Sequence record: MW679410.1
Source of the DNA: Escherichia phage C6
DNA: 64,000 nucleotides
Reading direction: 5' to 3' (one strand)
A program made the position numbers and the translations under genes. Position 1 is the first letter of the stretch. The number at the start of each line of letters is the position of its first letter. This document shows positions 1-8,772 of this stretch, piece after piece. The notes beneath the pieces were generated by a model. That model was not told the origin of the DNA. It made no database searches and was given only the letters and a program-made list of their open reading frames with translations.

Positions 1-32
1 ACACTTAATATTGTACATAATATTTCCTTAGA

Positions 33-2243
33 TTAAGCCGCTTCCACGGCTTTCATGAATTTAACGATTTGAGCTACAGAAGCCTCGGTAATGGATGTTC
101 CACGACGATACATGTAGTCCGAAACTAAATGGTAATCAGATTCAAACTGTACAGTCATTTTATCATTGTTGCTTGAAGCATTATTGGTTAACGTATTAAA
201 CGTATTGTTACAAATTCTCTTGGTGATATTCAATTTATCATCAGTGATATATCCATGGAAATTCATATAACGGAATATATCATAGAAATTGCTCAGACGA
301 GTATATGTTTCAGACACCGGCTTATCACTGAAATATTTAGTCATAAAACCAAGCTCAGGGAACTTAGCAATGATTTCAAGATAATACCTTGCACGGGTAT
401 TACTGCCAATATAATCATCAATATCTACAGCATCTAATGCTTCGGCATAAGCTTCTAACGTGGTTTCCATCAAGCATTCGCACTGGCCTAACTTTTTAAT
501 CTTTTTGGCAATCTGAGGGCGAATGATATGGAATTCGGTAGCACCAATCAAATTAGCCATACGGCACATGGTAGTGGTATTGATGTCAAAGATACCATAA
601 GCTTCGTCCATTCCCATGATATCAGAACGGCTGCCAAACAGAACATAACCGGTAATTTCTTCTGCTTCAGCTGCGGTCAAATACATGGTCTCTGTTTGCC
701 AACGCCCATCTTTAATGAACCAACGATAAGCACTTGGTGTTTTAGGACGAGGTTCTGATGAACGGACAGTAACCGGAATCCATGGCTTAACAATTTTATT
801 CAGTTCAGAGACTTTATAAAAATGAATTGTATCACCTTTAAAAAGTTCTTTAACCTTTTCAAGCTGCTGCATTTGCAGCAAAGAATTAGGGTCGACGAAA
901 ATAAGGTCAGTTCCGTATTTAGGAATATTGTGCTCTTTAACAATTTTCTTGGCTGAAGCGCTGTTGTCCATTGCCAGCGCCCAGAGTCCTCGAACTAATG
1001 GCACACGACCCTTTTCATCATCATAAACAACATGGATTTCTTTCTTATTAATGCCTAATAAGCCGCTAAGTCCTGCTACTGAAGAAGTATTACCACTCGG
1101 CTTAATTCGTTTCAAACGCGGGTCCATACAAACTTCATAAACAACGCCTAAATTAAGAAGGTCGTTTTGAAGTGTATAACGCTGGTATAATTTCTCGTAT
1201 GTTAATTTTTCAGTTGTGAACTGTTTAGTAATGCCTCTTTTAGAAAGATAATCACGGGCACTATAACCAAGGTTAGAGAGGTCACGATAAACATGGCGCG
1301 GATTATCAGATTCAACCCATTCCCGTGTATCGTTTTTAAAGACTACCGCATCTAGTGCTTCAATACGGGTTGCAATATTTTCCATTGTACGTTTATCAAG
1401 AGACAGCACTTCACGAGATGGAGCGATATCTAACGAACCCATAGGGAACTTAATATAAACTACATCATGGCGAGTACGCATCCATGTGCCTTTATTATAA
1501 GCTGAATCTAATGGGTAGACGATGCCACCATAAACTGCATAAAGACCTGAACGTTCGAAATCGCCATAACCTGTATCGGTTACCGGGTAGTAGTCTTCGA
1601 ATTCAGGGAAATAATCAACTTCAGCACCGTCAACATCGCCAAGTCCAATGAAAGGCCGCATGATATAACGAACTTCAGTTTCGAACTTACGGAAGTCTTC
1701 TTCGTCCACAGGAACTGTTATTTCGATACCTGTTTTATCACCTGGCTGCATAGGTTCGACGAAAGTAGGTTTAATCTGCGGCCCATCACCGTCCATATAC
1801 GCTACATATCCACGAACTTCGCCATTGTGCCATGAGGTGATATTAAACGTTTCGGTATAACTGAACGGAGATTTTGAACCAAGGCCAAAGCCACCGATAA
1901 AATCGTTAGAAGCTGTTTTGGATGATGCGAAATAAGAGTTATACAAACCCGTTTCGTTTTCATCACCACGAATTTGGAAATCACTCATGCCCGGCCCGAA
2001 ATCACGGCATACGAAACGTGGGTCCAGTTTACCAGGAACCTGTACTTTCCAACGTTCTTTATTACCATTCAGAATATGGGCGTCAATCATATTAGTAATT
2101 AGTTCACGTACTACAGCACGTACTTTATTACTATAAAGGTCTGATGACAGAATTTTAAAGACCTTAGGCGATGCCTGGATAGTAAAGCCTGTGGACTTAG
2201 CACCATTACCAATGATTTGTTCTTTTTCGGTTTCGATAATCAT
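33..2243 (-). CDS. rIIA: rIIA protein (membrane-associated, GHKL-like ATPase N-terminus)
   Basis: 736-aa ORF; length and sequence match my recollection of T4 rIIA; first gene of the T4 map. Confidence 0.9.
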   Translation of the reverse strand: MIIETEKEQIIGNGAKSTGFTIQASPKVFKILSSDLYSNKVRAVVRELITNMIDAHILNGNKERWKVQVPGKLDPRFVCRDFGPGMSDFQIRGDENETGLYNSYFASSKTASNDFIGGFGLGSKSPFSYTETFNITSWHNGEVRGYVAYMDGDGPQIKPTFVEPMQPGDKTGIEITVPVDEEDFRKFETEVRYIMRPFIGLGDVDGAEVDYFPEFEDYYPVTDTGYGDFERSGLYAVYGGIVYPLDSAYNKGTWMRTRHDVVYIKFPMGSLDIAPSREVLSLDKRTMENIATRIEALDAVVFKNDTREWVESDNPRHVYRDLSNLGYSARDYLSKRGITKQFTTEKLTYEKLYQRYTLQNDLLNLGVVYEVCMDPRLKRIKPSGNTSSVAGLSGLLGINKKEIHVVYDDEKGRVPLVRGLWALAMDNSASAKKIVKEHNIPKYGTDLIFVDPNSLLQMQQLEKVKELFKGDTIHFYKVSELNKIVKPWIPVTVRSSEPRPKTPSAYRWFIKDGRWQTETMYLTAAEAEEITGYVLFGSRSDIMGMDEAYGIFDINTTTMCRMANLIGATEFHIIRPQIAKKIKKLGQCECLMETTLEAYAEALDAVDIDDYIGSNTRARYYLEIIAKFPELGFMTKYFSDKPVSETYTRLSNFYDIFRYMNFHGYITDDKLNITKRICNNTFNTLTNNASSNNDKMTVQFESDYHLVSDYMYRRGTSITEASVAQIVKFMKAVEAA

Positions 2244-2250
2244 ATTTTTC

Positions 2251-2454
2251 TCAATTCAGGTTACGTTTAAAAAGGTCTGCCACTTCAAGGAGCTCGTCCT
2301 TAGTAGCGATGTCGTTGAGTATTTTATATCTGATTTCTTTAAAGCGTTCTTTAAAATCCTCAGCCGCATTGATATCAAAAAATCGTTGGATTAACCGGAA
2401 TTCTTTATGGACGGCTTTATCGAACAAATCAATATTCACTTTAAAGTTTGTCAT
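2251..2454 (-). CDS. rIIA.1-like small protein
   Basis: 67-aa ORF immediately upstream of rIIA, same strand; synteny with T4 rIIA.1. Confidence 0.6.
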   Translation of the reverse strand: MTNFKVNIDLFDKAVHKEFRLIQRFFDINAAEDFKERFKEIRYKILNDIATKDELLEVADLFKRNLN

Positions 2455-2791
2455 TTTTAACTACCTCATGTTGAACATATTCTCTGGTAGAACCTAGTTC
2501 AGCCAGAATTCTTCTCATAGAACCCATTGTACTTTTGTGCTCTCTGTGGCGATACATTATCTCTAAAACCTTTTCCTGGACAACAGGAGAGAGCGCCTGG
2601 TTATCTTTAATCTTTAAGGCAATAGATTTTACAGCCTTAAGGTATTCAAGTCCCTTACCGCTTGTAGTCACTACTCCTTCATCTTTACAGTTACGAATAG
2701 CCGTTTCCATAAAGGATAAAGCCAGGTTGTCAGTATTCACTATACTGTTATCTTGCATAATCATATTCTCACCTCTAGATAATCCTATCAC
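2441..2791 (-). CDS. hypothetical protein, 116 aa, possible helix-turn-helix
   Basis: ORF between rIIA.1 and the topoisomerase gene; no equivalent at this position in T4 as I recall; C-terminal segment STMGSMRRILAELGSTREYV is HTH-like. Confidence 0.5.
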   Translation of the reverse strand: MIGLSRGENMIMQDNSIVNTDNLALSFMETAIRNCKDEGVVTTSGKGLEYLKAVKSIALKIKDNQALSPVVQEKVLEIMYRHREHKSTMGSMRRILAELGSTREYVQHEVVKNDKL

Positions 2792-2817
2792 AGTTTTGTT
2801 ATGTTGTAAACCCCGAA

Positions 2818-2835
2818 AAGGGCCTTGCGGCCCTT
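2818..2835 (-). other. RNA stem-loop (GNRA loop)
   Basis: Minus-strand AAGGGCC-GCAA-GGCCCUU between the small ORF and the 116-aa ORF. Confidence 0.4.
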
Positions 2836-2837
2836 AA

Positions 2838-2990
2838 TTATTCAATTTTGTAGACTTGTCCTCGAACTTGATAAAATTCGCCTTCCCAGGTTTCTACCAT
2901 AATGGTCACGTACTCTGCGAACAAAGGTCTCTTCTCAGCCCAGAGATATCCAAATTCACCGGTGGCTAGCGTTATCCAGTACTTTCTCAT
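2838..2990 (-). CDS. small hypothetical protein (50 aa)
   Basis: Hand-translated ORF MRKYWITLATGEF...VYKIE with AGGAG 6 nt upstream of ATG; fills the gap between gene 39 and the 116-aa ORF. Confidence 0.35.
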   Translation of the reverse strand: MRKYWITLATGEFGYLWAEKRPLFAEYVTIMVETWEGEFYQVRGQVYKIE

Positions 2991-3033
2991 AAAGTCTCCT
3001 AATTGTATGGCACTCATGTACCATACATATTTA

Positions 3034-4851
3034 TTACGACATCCAGGCCTTACGGAGTTGAGGGTCGTTTCCTAGGAGCATTTCGAACTGTTCTTTCCAA
3101 TCTTCAGGCAATTGAACTACATCAAATTTAGGGTCTTGAATCATTCGACGGTATTCGGCCTTCTCAAGAGAACCTAGTCCTTTGATATAACGAATAGAAT
3201 GTTTTGGTAGAGAGTCCTTAGCTTTGGTATAACTAGGAACATCATAGAACCATTCCTGTTCTTTACCGACCTGAGCAATAATCACTGGGGTTTTACAGAA
3301 TCGTACTCGGCCTTGTTCAAACAATTCAGGCCATTGACTAAAGAAGGCTAGCAATGATGGATAAATCGAACCAGTACCATCCACATCGGCATCAGTCATG
3401 ATAGCGATATTACGATAGTTAGTTTTCTCTGCAGGTTCACCAATAACCAGTCCAGTGATTGCACAGATATCAAATAGTTCCTTGTTCTTCATGATATCTG
3501 TTGCTGTCATTCCCCAGGTATTCATAACCTTACCACGTAATGGATACCCGCCTTGAAGGTCTTTATTACGAACTTCAATGAAAGGACCCATAGCGGAATC
3601 ACCTTCGGTTAGGAACAGGGTTGTATCAGCATCTTTGCCGTATAAGTTAGCTTTAATATGCTTATGGACCTTGGCTTTAGAAGCTTTCTTAGCGGCTTTA
3701 GTTTCAGCAGCCTTTTCAGCTGCTAATTTACGTGCTAAAGCAGCTTCAACGATAGGCATAATCAACCCTTCGTCTTTAAGAATATACTGTGAGATTTTCT
3801 TTGCATCAATTTGAATATGGTTACGAATTTCACCGAATGGTGACGTCAAACGTTCTTTAGTCTGGGAATCAAAACGCATATTACTCATATCGCGAATGAA
3901 CATCAGCATAGTTAAGCATTCTTTAACTCGTGCCTTACTTACTTCGATGCCTTTATATTTCTTCTTGATGCCTGGCAAGAGATGTTCGCAGATATCATCA
4001 AACACACATTCAACATGATGACCACCATTCTTAGTATGAATGTTATTTACATAAGTCAGTTGACGGAATCCATCTGGAGATGTAGTAAATGCCATTGAGA
4101 CATTATCGGTTTCTTGAATTACTACATCTTTACCAAATTGATTAGCATACTTTTTAAAGTTACCATCTACTTTTTTACCATTAAAAGTAAATTGGATACT
4201 AGGATAAATTACAGCTAGAGTTTTAAGACGATCTAGAGTAATATCCAGATAAATTTGTGACAGGCTATTTTCTTCGAAATGGCTAAAGTCTGGAGTGAAT
4301 ATAACCGAAGTACCCTTACCTTTAGATTTCTTAGTAGACCAACCTTTGTTTTCCATTCCATTAGAACAGTTGACAGTAATCTCATTCTCGCCATCAGAGG
4401 TGATGCCTGTAAACAAAACAGAGAAGATATTAGTTAAACTACTACCGACACCATTCATGCCGCCTGTCTTACGCTCTGCGTCATCTCCAAAGTTACCACC
4501 TGCCTTTGGGATAGTCCATGCAGCTACAGGACCTGGGATTTGTTCACCGTTTTGGTCGATGACCATTGCTTGTGGAATACCACGACCATTATCAGAAACT
4601 GAAACCTGGTTATTCTTAATTTGAACATCAATTTTATTTGCGAATTTAAAATTGGTACGAATAGCTTCATCGACAGAGTTATCAATGATTTCGTCAATTA
4701 ATTTAACCAGTCCAGGAACATAGTTTACCTGTGTAAAATTACCAAACAGGAATCGACCGTGAGCTTCATTAGCACTGGAGCCAATATACATCCCACTACG
4801 TTTTTTGATATGTTCAATGTCGGACAGTACTTTAATTTCATTCTTAATCAT
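3034..4851 (-). CDS. 39: DNA topoisomerase II large subunit, gp39 fused to gp60 region (GyrB-like ATPase plus Toprim)
   Basis: 605-aa ORF; N-terminus is GHKL ATPase; C-terminus carries the IAIMTDADVDGTGSIYPSLL...GLGSLEKAEY segment that in T4 belongs to gp60. Confidence 0.9.
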   Translation of the reverse strand: MIKNEIKVLSDIEHIKKRSGMYIGSSANEAHGRFLFGNFTQVNYVPGLVKLIDEIIDNSVDEAIRTNFKFANKIDVQIKNNQVSVSDNGRGIPQAMVIDQNGEQIPGPVAAWTIPKAGGNFGDDAERKTGGMNGVGSSLTNIFSVLFTGITSDGENEITVNCSNGMENKGWSTKKSKGKGTSVIFTPDFSHFEENSLSQIYLDITLDRLKTLAVIYPSIQFTFNGKKVDGNFKKYANQFGKDVVIQETDNVSMAFTTSPDGFRQLTYVNNIHTKNGGHHVECVFDDICEHLLPGIKKKYKGIEVSKARVKECLTMLMFIRDMSNMRFDSQTKERLTSPFGEIRNHIQIDAKKISQYILKDEGLIMPIVEAALARKLAAEKAAETKAAKKASKAKVHKHIKANLYGKDADTTLFLTEGDSAMGPFIEVRNKDLQGGYPLRGKVMNTWGMTATDIMKNKELFDICAITGLVIGEPAEKTNYRNIAIMTDADVDGTGSIYPSLLAFFSQWPELFEQGRVRFCKTPVIIAQVGKEQEWFYDVPSYTKAKDSLPKHSIRYIKGLGSLEKAEYRRMIQDPKFDVVQLPEDWKEQFEMLLGNDPQLRKAWMS

Positions 4852-4903
4852 GTTATTTCCTCATGTAGTAGGAGAATATTATCCCATTTCACTTAAAGCA
4901 TAA

Positions 4904-4919
4904 AAGGGCCGAAGCCCTT
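4904..4919 (-). other. RNA stem-loop with UUCG tetraloop
   Basis: Minus-strand AAGGGC-UUCG-GCCCUU immediately after the stop of the lipoprotein gene and upstream of gene 39. Confidence 0.45.
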
Positions 4920-5178
4920 AATCAAATCGAATGGTCGACTTTTTAAAGAATAATCCAGAACAAACAGTTCCTTCAACCCTTTTACCTGTTGGACCTACAG
5001 CAATAAAGCCCGTACGTTGGAAGTCATCTTCAGAACAGCCGAATAGGTTGTATCCTGTGATTTGGATTTGTTCGTAGCCATTTGCATCCAATACACGGGT
5101 AGCATTATCGGCATCAGTACAACCAACCAACGAAACTGCTAGTACAATAGCTGCAATAGAACGATTAATATATTTCAT
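4918..5178 (-). CDS. putative lipoprotein (86 aa)
   Basis: Signal peptide with lipobox AVSLVGC near N-terminus. Confidence 0.6.
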   Translation of the reverse strand: MKYINRSIAAIVLAVSLVGCTDADNATRVLDANGYEQIQITGYNLFGCSEDDFQRTGFIAVGPTGKRVEGTVCSGLFFKKSTIRFD

Positions 5179-5184
5179 AATTTC

Positions 5185-5361
5185 TCACTTAGTCAGCAGG
5201 TCGTAAAAACCGCCATTAACATGTTTAGGAGCCGAGACTAACCGAACAGCCAGCCGATGGCAATCAGGGCAAACGTCATTATCTCTTTCAGAGATTTTCT
5301 TGATTTTTTCGTATTCTTTCGAGCAGTCTTCAGATTGGCATTTATAATCATAAAGTGGCAT
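5185..5361 (-). CDS. small zinc-ribbon protein (58 aa)
   Basis: Hand-translated ORF MPLYDYKCQSEDCSKEYEK...CPDCHRLAV; two CxxC pairs; start overlaps stop of upstream gene region; fits gap exactly. Confidence 0.45.
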   Translation of the reverse strand: MPLYDYKCQSEDCSKEYEKIKKISERDNDVCPDCHRLAVRLVSAPKHVNGGFYDLLTK

Positions 5362-5362
5362 A

Positions 5363-5770
5363 TTATTCCTTAAAGTGTGCTTTCAACATCTGGTAAACGG
5401 TCCAGGCTTCAGAATTATTAGAGATAGTGATTTTAGTCAAAGGGAAATCACTCGGTTCGGACGGTTTATCACTATCATCGTAGTCATAATCACGGACTTC
5501 ATCCAATTCTTCGTCGCACTCAACTTCAACCATTTCGGTAAAAAATTTCCTCTCACTAGCGTATATAACCATATCTTTATTATCGCCGTAAACCAGGTCG
5601 AAGTTGGTTACACATCCATTTGAAATTTTAACCGGGGAAAAACCTTCACCTTCAATAATAACATCGGCTACAATATTATTGATACCTCTACGACGGAATT
5701 CAGCTTCTGCCGCATCATCTTTAAAATAGTACCATTTACCTTTTTCAAATTCAGGTTCCTGATTAAACAT
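5363..5770 (-). CDS. hypothetical protein (about 135 aa; goF-position gene)
   Basis: ORF track gives 5363..5863, but the internal ATG at 5770 (MFNQEPEF...) has GGAAGG SD and avoids overlapping the upstream ORF. Confidence 0.55.
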   Translation of the reverse strand: MFNQEPEFEKGKWYYFKDDAAEAEFRRRGINNIVADVIIEGEGFSPVKISNGCVTNFDLVYGDNKDMVIYASERKFFTEMVEVECDEELDEVRDYDYDDSDKPSEPSDFPLTKITISNNSEAWTVYQMLKAHFKE

Positions 5771-5981
5771 TGTAAGTTTCCTTCCAGAAGTCGGTGCCTT
5801 CAGCAGTGATTTCACGGAACACTGCATAGATAGGATTTTTATCGCCTTGATTTTCGTATACATAAACCGACGATAAATGAGAAAACGTATCAGAATGTTC
5901 CTTTTGGACCACGATTAAATCAGGGTTGAACAGAACATCTTCAAATTCTTCACGAGTCGAGTTCATAGTAACTTTAGCCAT
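5763..5981 (-). CDS. hypothetical protein (72 aa; cef-position gene)
   Basis: ORF in T4 cef position by synteny; no motif recognised. Confidence 0.5.
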   Translation of the reverse strand: MAKVTMNSTREEFEDVLFNPDLIVVQKEHSDTFSHLSSVYVYENQGDKNPIYAVFREITAEGTDFWKETYNV

Positions 5982-6055
5982 TTTATTTTCCTCTCATTTG
6001 TTGATAGGGTAATCTTATCACTACCCTACCATATTGTATACTGTTTTTTTAAACT

Positions 6056-6622
6056 TTATGAGCGATGAATATTGGCATACTCAACAATAAAGCTTTCAGG
6101 GACCACCTTAAAGGTTCCAAGGAATACGATGTTATAGAGTTTAACACCTTCTTCAACCCATTGGTCTGTGATATAACCGGACATGCTAGTGGTTTCATAA
6201 GTACCGAAAATTTCGTCATAGTATTCAAACGGCTTAGGGGAAACGAAAAAGACACCTTTACCCAATTCCCATTTAAAATCGACACCCACATGAGACTGGT
6301 CAATAGTTTCAACGTCTTGAGCTACTACGCCACGGATATCATTGCTTTCACATACATACCCATCATGGGATTCAACTTCTTCAACTACAGGAGCGATGTA
6401 CCCAGTGAATTCAGTTGATTCCAAGAATTTAGCACGCACATAAGCGAATTGGGTTTCAGTTTGACCATTTTTAGGAATGATGCGCACTTTTACTTCAGAA
6501 TTTTCTTCACTGACACCTTCTTTAAGTTGGATGCTAACAACTTCAACTAAACGGCCTGCAGCTTTTGAACGAGACTTTTTGGATACACGAACAATACCGC
6601 CGATATCGGAAATAGTAATCAT
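6056..6622 (-). CDS. hypothetical protein, paralog 1 of a tandem pair
   Basis: 188 aa; shares C-terminal block GYITDQWVEEGVKLYNIVFLGTFKVVPESF with the next ORF. Confidence 0.7.
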   Translation of the reverse strand: MITISDIGGIVRVSKKSRSKAAGRLVEVVSIQLKEGVSEENSEVKVRIIPKNGQTETQFAYVRAKFLESTEFTGYIAPVVEEVESHDGYVCESNDIRGVVAQDVETIDQSHVGVDFKWELGKGVFFVSPKPFEYYDEIFGTYETTSMSGYITDQWVEEGVKLYNIVFLGTFKVVPESFIVEYANIHRS

Positions 6623-6664
6623 AATTTTTCTCTCTTAGTTAAAAGTTTATTCTCCATGAGAGCC

Positions 6665-6693
6665 ATTATAACATGGCTCTCGATAAAGTAAAC
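6665..6693 (-). promoter_or_regulatory. T4-type early promoter
   Basis: Minus strand GTTTAC-N17-TATAAT; inverted repeat GAGAGCCAT/ATGGCTCTC spans the -10. Confidence 0.55.
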
Positions 6694-6695
6694 TA

Positions 6696-7244
6696 CTAAT
6701 TCAATACATTAACCACTGCACTACGAGGTACTACGCTAAAATCACCAGCATGTACAACGTTCAGCAGCTCAACACCGTCTTCAACCCACTGGTCTGTTAC
6801 CCATCCACAGATAGGATTATCAAAAGGACGACGGATAGACACAGCAACACACAGCAGGTCAGTAGGGTCTTGTTCTTCAACTTCTTGGAACAGGATGAAC
6901 TCTGCTTCATAAACCAAGATTTTCTCTATTTTGTTATTGTCTAAACGACGACCGTGGATGACGTAAGATTTGGCAAACCAGTCACTTTTGGTAAATTCTT
7001 CAACAATAAATTCGCCTTCGCCAAAAACATCAGTCAGAGTTTTATGGCCGGAAATCAAGGCATTAGTTTTAATTTCAGGTTCAACCAGTTTATAGGTTTT
7101 GCCGATTTTGATAGTCTGAGTAGTCATAGTGGTTTCCTTAATTTCCAGTGGTTTAACAGGGCATACATAAGTGCTTAAAACATCAAAATCAATCAGTTTA
7201 GCTGCCGGATTTGGAGTGTATTTAGGGTTGTAATTAAATTTCAT
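6696..7244 (-). CDS. hypothetical protein, paralog 2 of a tandem pair
   Basis: 182 aa; C-terminal GWVTDQWVEDGVELLNVVHAGDFSVVPRSAV matches paralog 1. Confidence 0.7.
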   Translation of the reverse strand: MKFNYNPKYTPNPAAKLIDFDVLSTYVCPVKPLEIKETTMTTQTIKIGKTYKLVEPEIKTNALISGHKTLTDVFGEGEFIVEEFTKSDWFAKSYVIHGRRLDNNKIEKILVYEAEFILFQEVEEQDPTDLLCVAVSIRRPFDNPICGWVTDQWVEDGVELLNVVHAGDFSVVPRSAVVNVLN

Positions 7245-7750
7245 ATTGTTCTCAATTCAATAAAATCTACGAGTTCAGCATGGGATTTGCGGAACATTAC
7301 TTGGCGGCCACCAATGACAACCTCATCTTCTGGTATTTCGTAAACAGCAAGATAGAATCCTTTAGAAGATAATTCAGCACGCTCTTCACGAGTAAACCAG
7401 CGCATCATATCATACTCGCTGGCAAAGGCAAAATGGTAGAGGTTAACAAACCAACCTGGAATGTAGTTATCTACACCTTTATAATCTTCATGTTCGAATT
7501 TGGTTTTAATTACCATATTAGAATTTTTAACCAACAATTCGTCTTGACTTGGTAGTGGAATATTTTTATTATTGGTATGATGGTGTCTAAAATTAGGTCT
7601 GTCGAAACCTACTTCCAATAACCAACCTTCACTCCATTCGTCAAATGAGCCTCTATACGGGGTTAATTGGCGGCATTGTTGACGAGTGATTGCGATAACA
7701 TCGCTGTTGTCTAGGATACTGAACGATGACTCCACTCGATAAATTTTCAT
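7241..7750 (-). CDS. hypothetical protein (169 aa)
   Basis: ORF preceded by early promoter cassette and GAGGAG SD. Confidence 0.7.
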   Translation of the reverse strand: MKIYRVESSFSILDNSDVIAITRQQCRQLTPYRGSFDEWSEGWLLEVGFDRPNFRHHHTNNKNIPLPSQDELLVKNSNMVIKTKFEHEDYKGVDNYIPGWFVNLYHFAFASEYDMMRWFTREERAELSSKGFYLAVYEIPEDEVVIGGRQVMFRKSHAELVDFIELRTI

Positions 7751-7777
7751 TTTGTTCTCCTCATGTTGATAGGGTAG

Positions 7778-7806
7778 ATAATATCATGTCATGAGGAGAA
7801 GTAAAC
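7778..7806 (-). promoter_or_regulatory. T4-type early promoter cassette
   Basis: Minus strand GTTTAC-N17-TATTAT plus CTATCAAC leader and GAGGAG SD. Confidence 0.6.
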
Positions 7807-7810
7807 ACTT

Positions 7811-8485
7811 TTATCGATTTTTTACACTTAACGGGTCAGGATTCTCAGGGACATCTTCCAGGCCCAAGGCGTATCGTTGGGCATATTTAAGCATCAAGAT
7901 ATCCTTAGCACAGTCATGGATGGAGTCATGAGCAACAAAGCCGTTCAATGTTCCGTTAGGCAGAGGACACATGCTCAATCCACGAGTCAATGAATATGCT
8001 TCAATAGCCGTACGGATGTCACGTTGGTTCCAGAATTTAACCGGTTCTAATTTGCTGGTATCGATTTCATTCTCAGGGACACCTTCAGAACGATAAGCAT
8101 CGCGAATAAGGTCGACTAAGATAGGAAAGTCAAATGACATTCCACGACACCACATCTGTGATTTCCATTGGTCCACTTCGTTTTTACGGCAGTATTCCAG
8201 GAAATTACCAAGGCCGATAGAAGTGCTCACATCAATTTCAGATGGCGCCAGGTTTTTACGTGCTTCAGGCCCTTGCTCTTTCCACCACTGTAACGTGCTT
8301 TTAGAAAACAGTCGTCTATCACGTTGAGAAGCGAGGTCAAATTTAATACGAAGGCCTCGTTGAGTAAGCTCTTCAAACGTTTCTACAACCTCTGGATTAG
8401 GGTCATAAGCAATTACCGCGAGGTCGATAACCGCCGCGTTTTGGGTAGTGGCAAAGGTTTCAAAGTCAATAATTATATCTTTCAT
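7811..8485 (-). CDS. dexA: exonuclease A (DnaQ-like 3'-5' exonuclease)
   Basis: 224 aa; N-terminal IIIDFETF acidic exonuclease motif; position between motB-region genes and dda as in T4. Confidence 0.8.
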   Translation of the reverse strand: MKDIIIDFETFATTQNAAVIDLAVIAYDPNPEVVETFEELTQRGLRIKFDLASQRDRRLFSKSTLQWWKEQGPEARKNLAPSEIDVSTSIGLGNFLEYCRKNEVDQWKSQMWCRGMSFDFPILVDLIRDAYRSEGVPENEIDTSKLEPVKFWNQRDIRTAIEAYSLTRGLSMCPLPNGTLNGFVAHDSIHDCAKDILMLKYAQRYALGLEDVPENPDPLSVKNR

Positions 8486-8772
8486 TTAACGTACCTCATA
8501 AGGTCACGGATTTGGCCGACGGTGTAGTCTTCAATATAAACCGAAGAGATATTGTCGTCCATCAGTTTTTGTACAGCAATAAAATCGTATTCAATCTCTT
8601 TAAGTGAATGCAAGACCTTATGAGCCTTGCCACGGATATTGGTATCGTCTTGGTTGACCTTAATAATATATTCTGTTTCAAATTTCAACTTATAGAATTG
8701 GTCTTTAGTTACTTTAATCATATTTTCCTCAAACGTAATAAGCATCGGTACGAGCACGAGTAATACTAACAT
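8482..8772 (-). CDS. hypothetical protein (96 aa)
   Basis: ORF between dexA and dda. Confidence 0.55.
   Translation of the reverse strand: MLVLLVLVPMLITFEENMIKVTKDQFYKLKFETEYIIKVNQDDTNIRGKAHKVLHSLKEIEYDFIAVQKLMDDNISSVYIEDYTVGQIRDLMRYVK

Noticed and set aside
5363-5863. 166-aa ORF-track call for the goF-position gene
   Set aside because: The N-terminal 31 codons overlap the upstream gene by about 100 nt and lack an SD. The internal ATG at 5770 has a good SD and gives tight ATGA-style packing, so the shorter gene is reported.
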